Shown piece by piece: positions 63,968-64,000 of a stretch of 64,000 bases of DNA (within the stretch, counting starts at the first letter, position 1; every line of letters starts with the position of its first letter). Under the pieces are notes generated by a model that was given only the letters and a program-made list of their open reading frames with translations, did not search any database and was not told the origin of the DNA. The DNA comes from Bacillota bacterium. Its GTDB lineage: Bacteria > Bacillota > JAAYKD01. The stretch is taken from the NCBI GenBank assembly GCA_963666425.2, contig OY762825.2, positions 1,728,001-1,792,000 on the forward strand, written 5' to 3'. Position numbers and translations under genes: made by a program.

Positions 63968-64000
63968 TGCTCTCAACCGGAAGGTGAGAAAAAGGAGTTT

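Overview
A 64 kb chromosomal window from what looks like an anaerobic Bacillota (Clostridia-like) bacterium; this is inferred from SLH proteins, AgrB/AgrD, DegV and GGAGG ribosome-binding sites. I found no rRNA, tRNA, CRISPR array, transposase or prophage. In order, the window holds: MFS/MerR and TetR/MMPL/YhgE-like modules (1-6.3 kb); a 14 kb minus-strand cluster built around a Mop-type molybdo-aldehyde oxidoreductase (6.5-20.3 kb), with TrsS-type radical SAM accessory genes, ppnP, a MocA-ModE fusion with a candidate operator and a type II ABC importer; assorted GNAT, NUDIX, HAD and CPBP genes; a pfkB-lyxose isomerase-tldD-tldE operon; a 1545-aa SLH surface protein with six 537-bp repeats and a candidate structured 5' leader; tandem M20 amidohydrolases; an AAA ATPase/GNAT/AlkZ/udk run; an agrB-agrD locus (52.7-56.3 kb); a CoA-disulfide reductase-rhodanese-TusA-DsrE fusion and trxA sharing an upstream Crp/Fnr-like box; an OmpR-type two-component system divergent from a Gly/Met-repeat protein; and trkA. 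The strongest novelty candidate is the agrB-agrD locus: it has no AgrC/AgrA, is preceded by two membrane-protein genes, and is followed by a membrane GGDEF/HD-GYP enzyme, suggesting peptide quorum sensing wired to c-di-GMP. Family assignments come from motif recognition only; no database searches were run. Several start codons were moved from the ORF track to RBS-supported positions.
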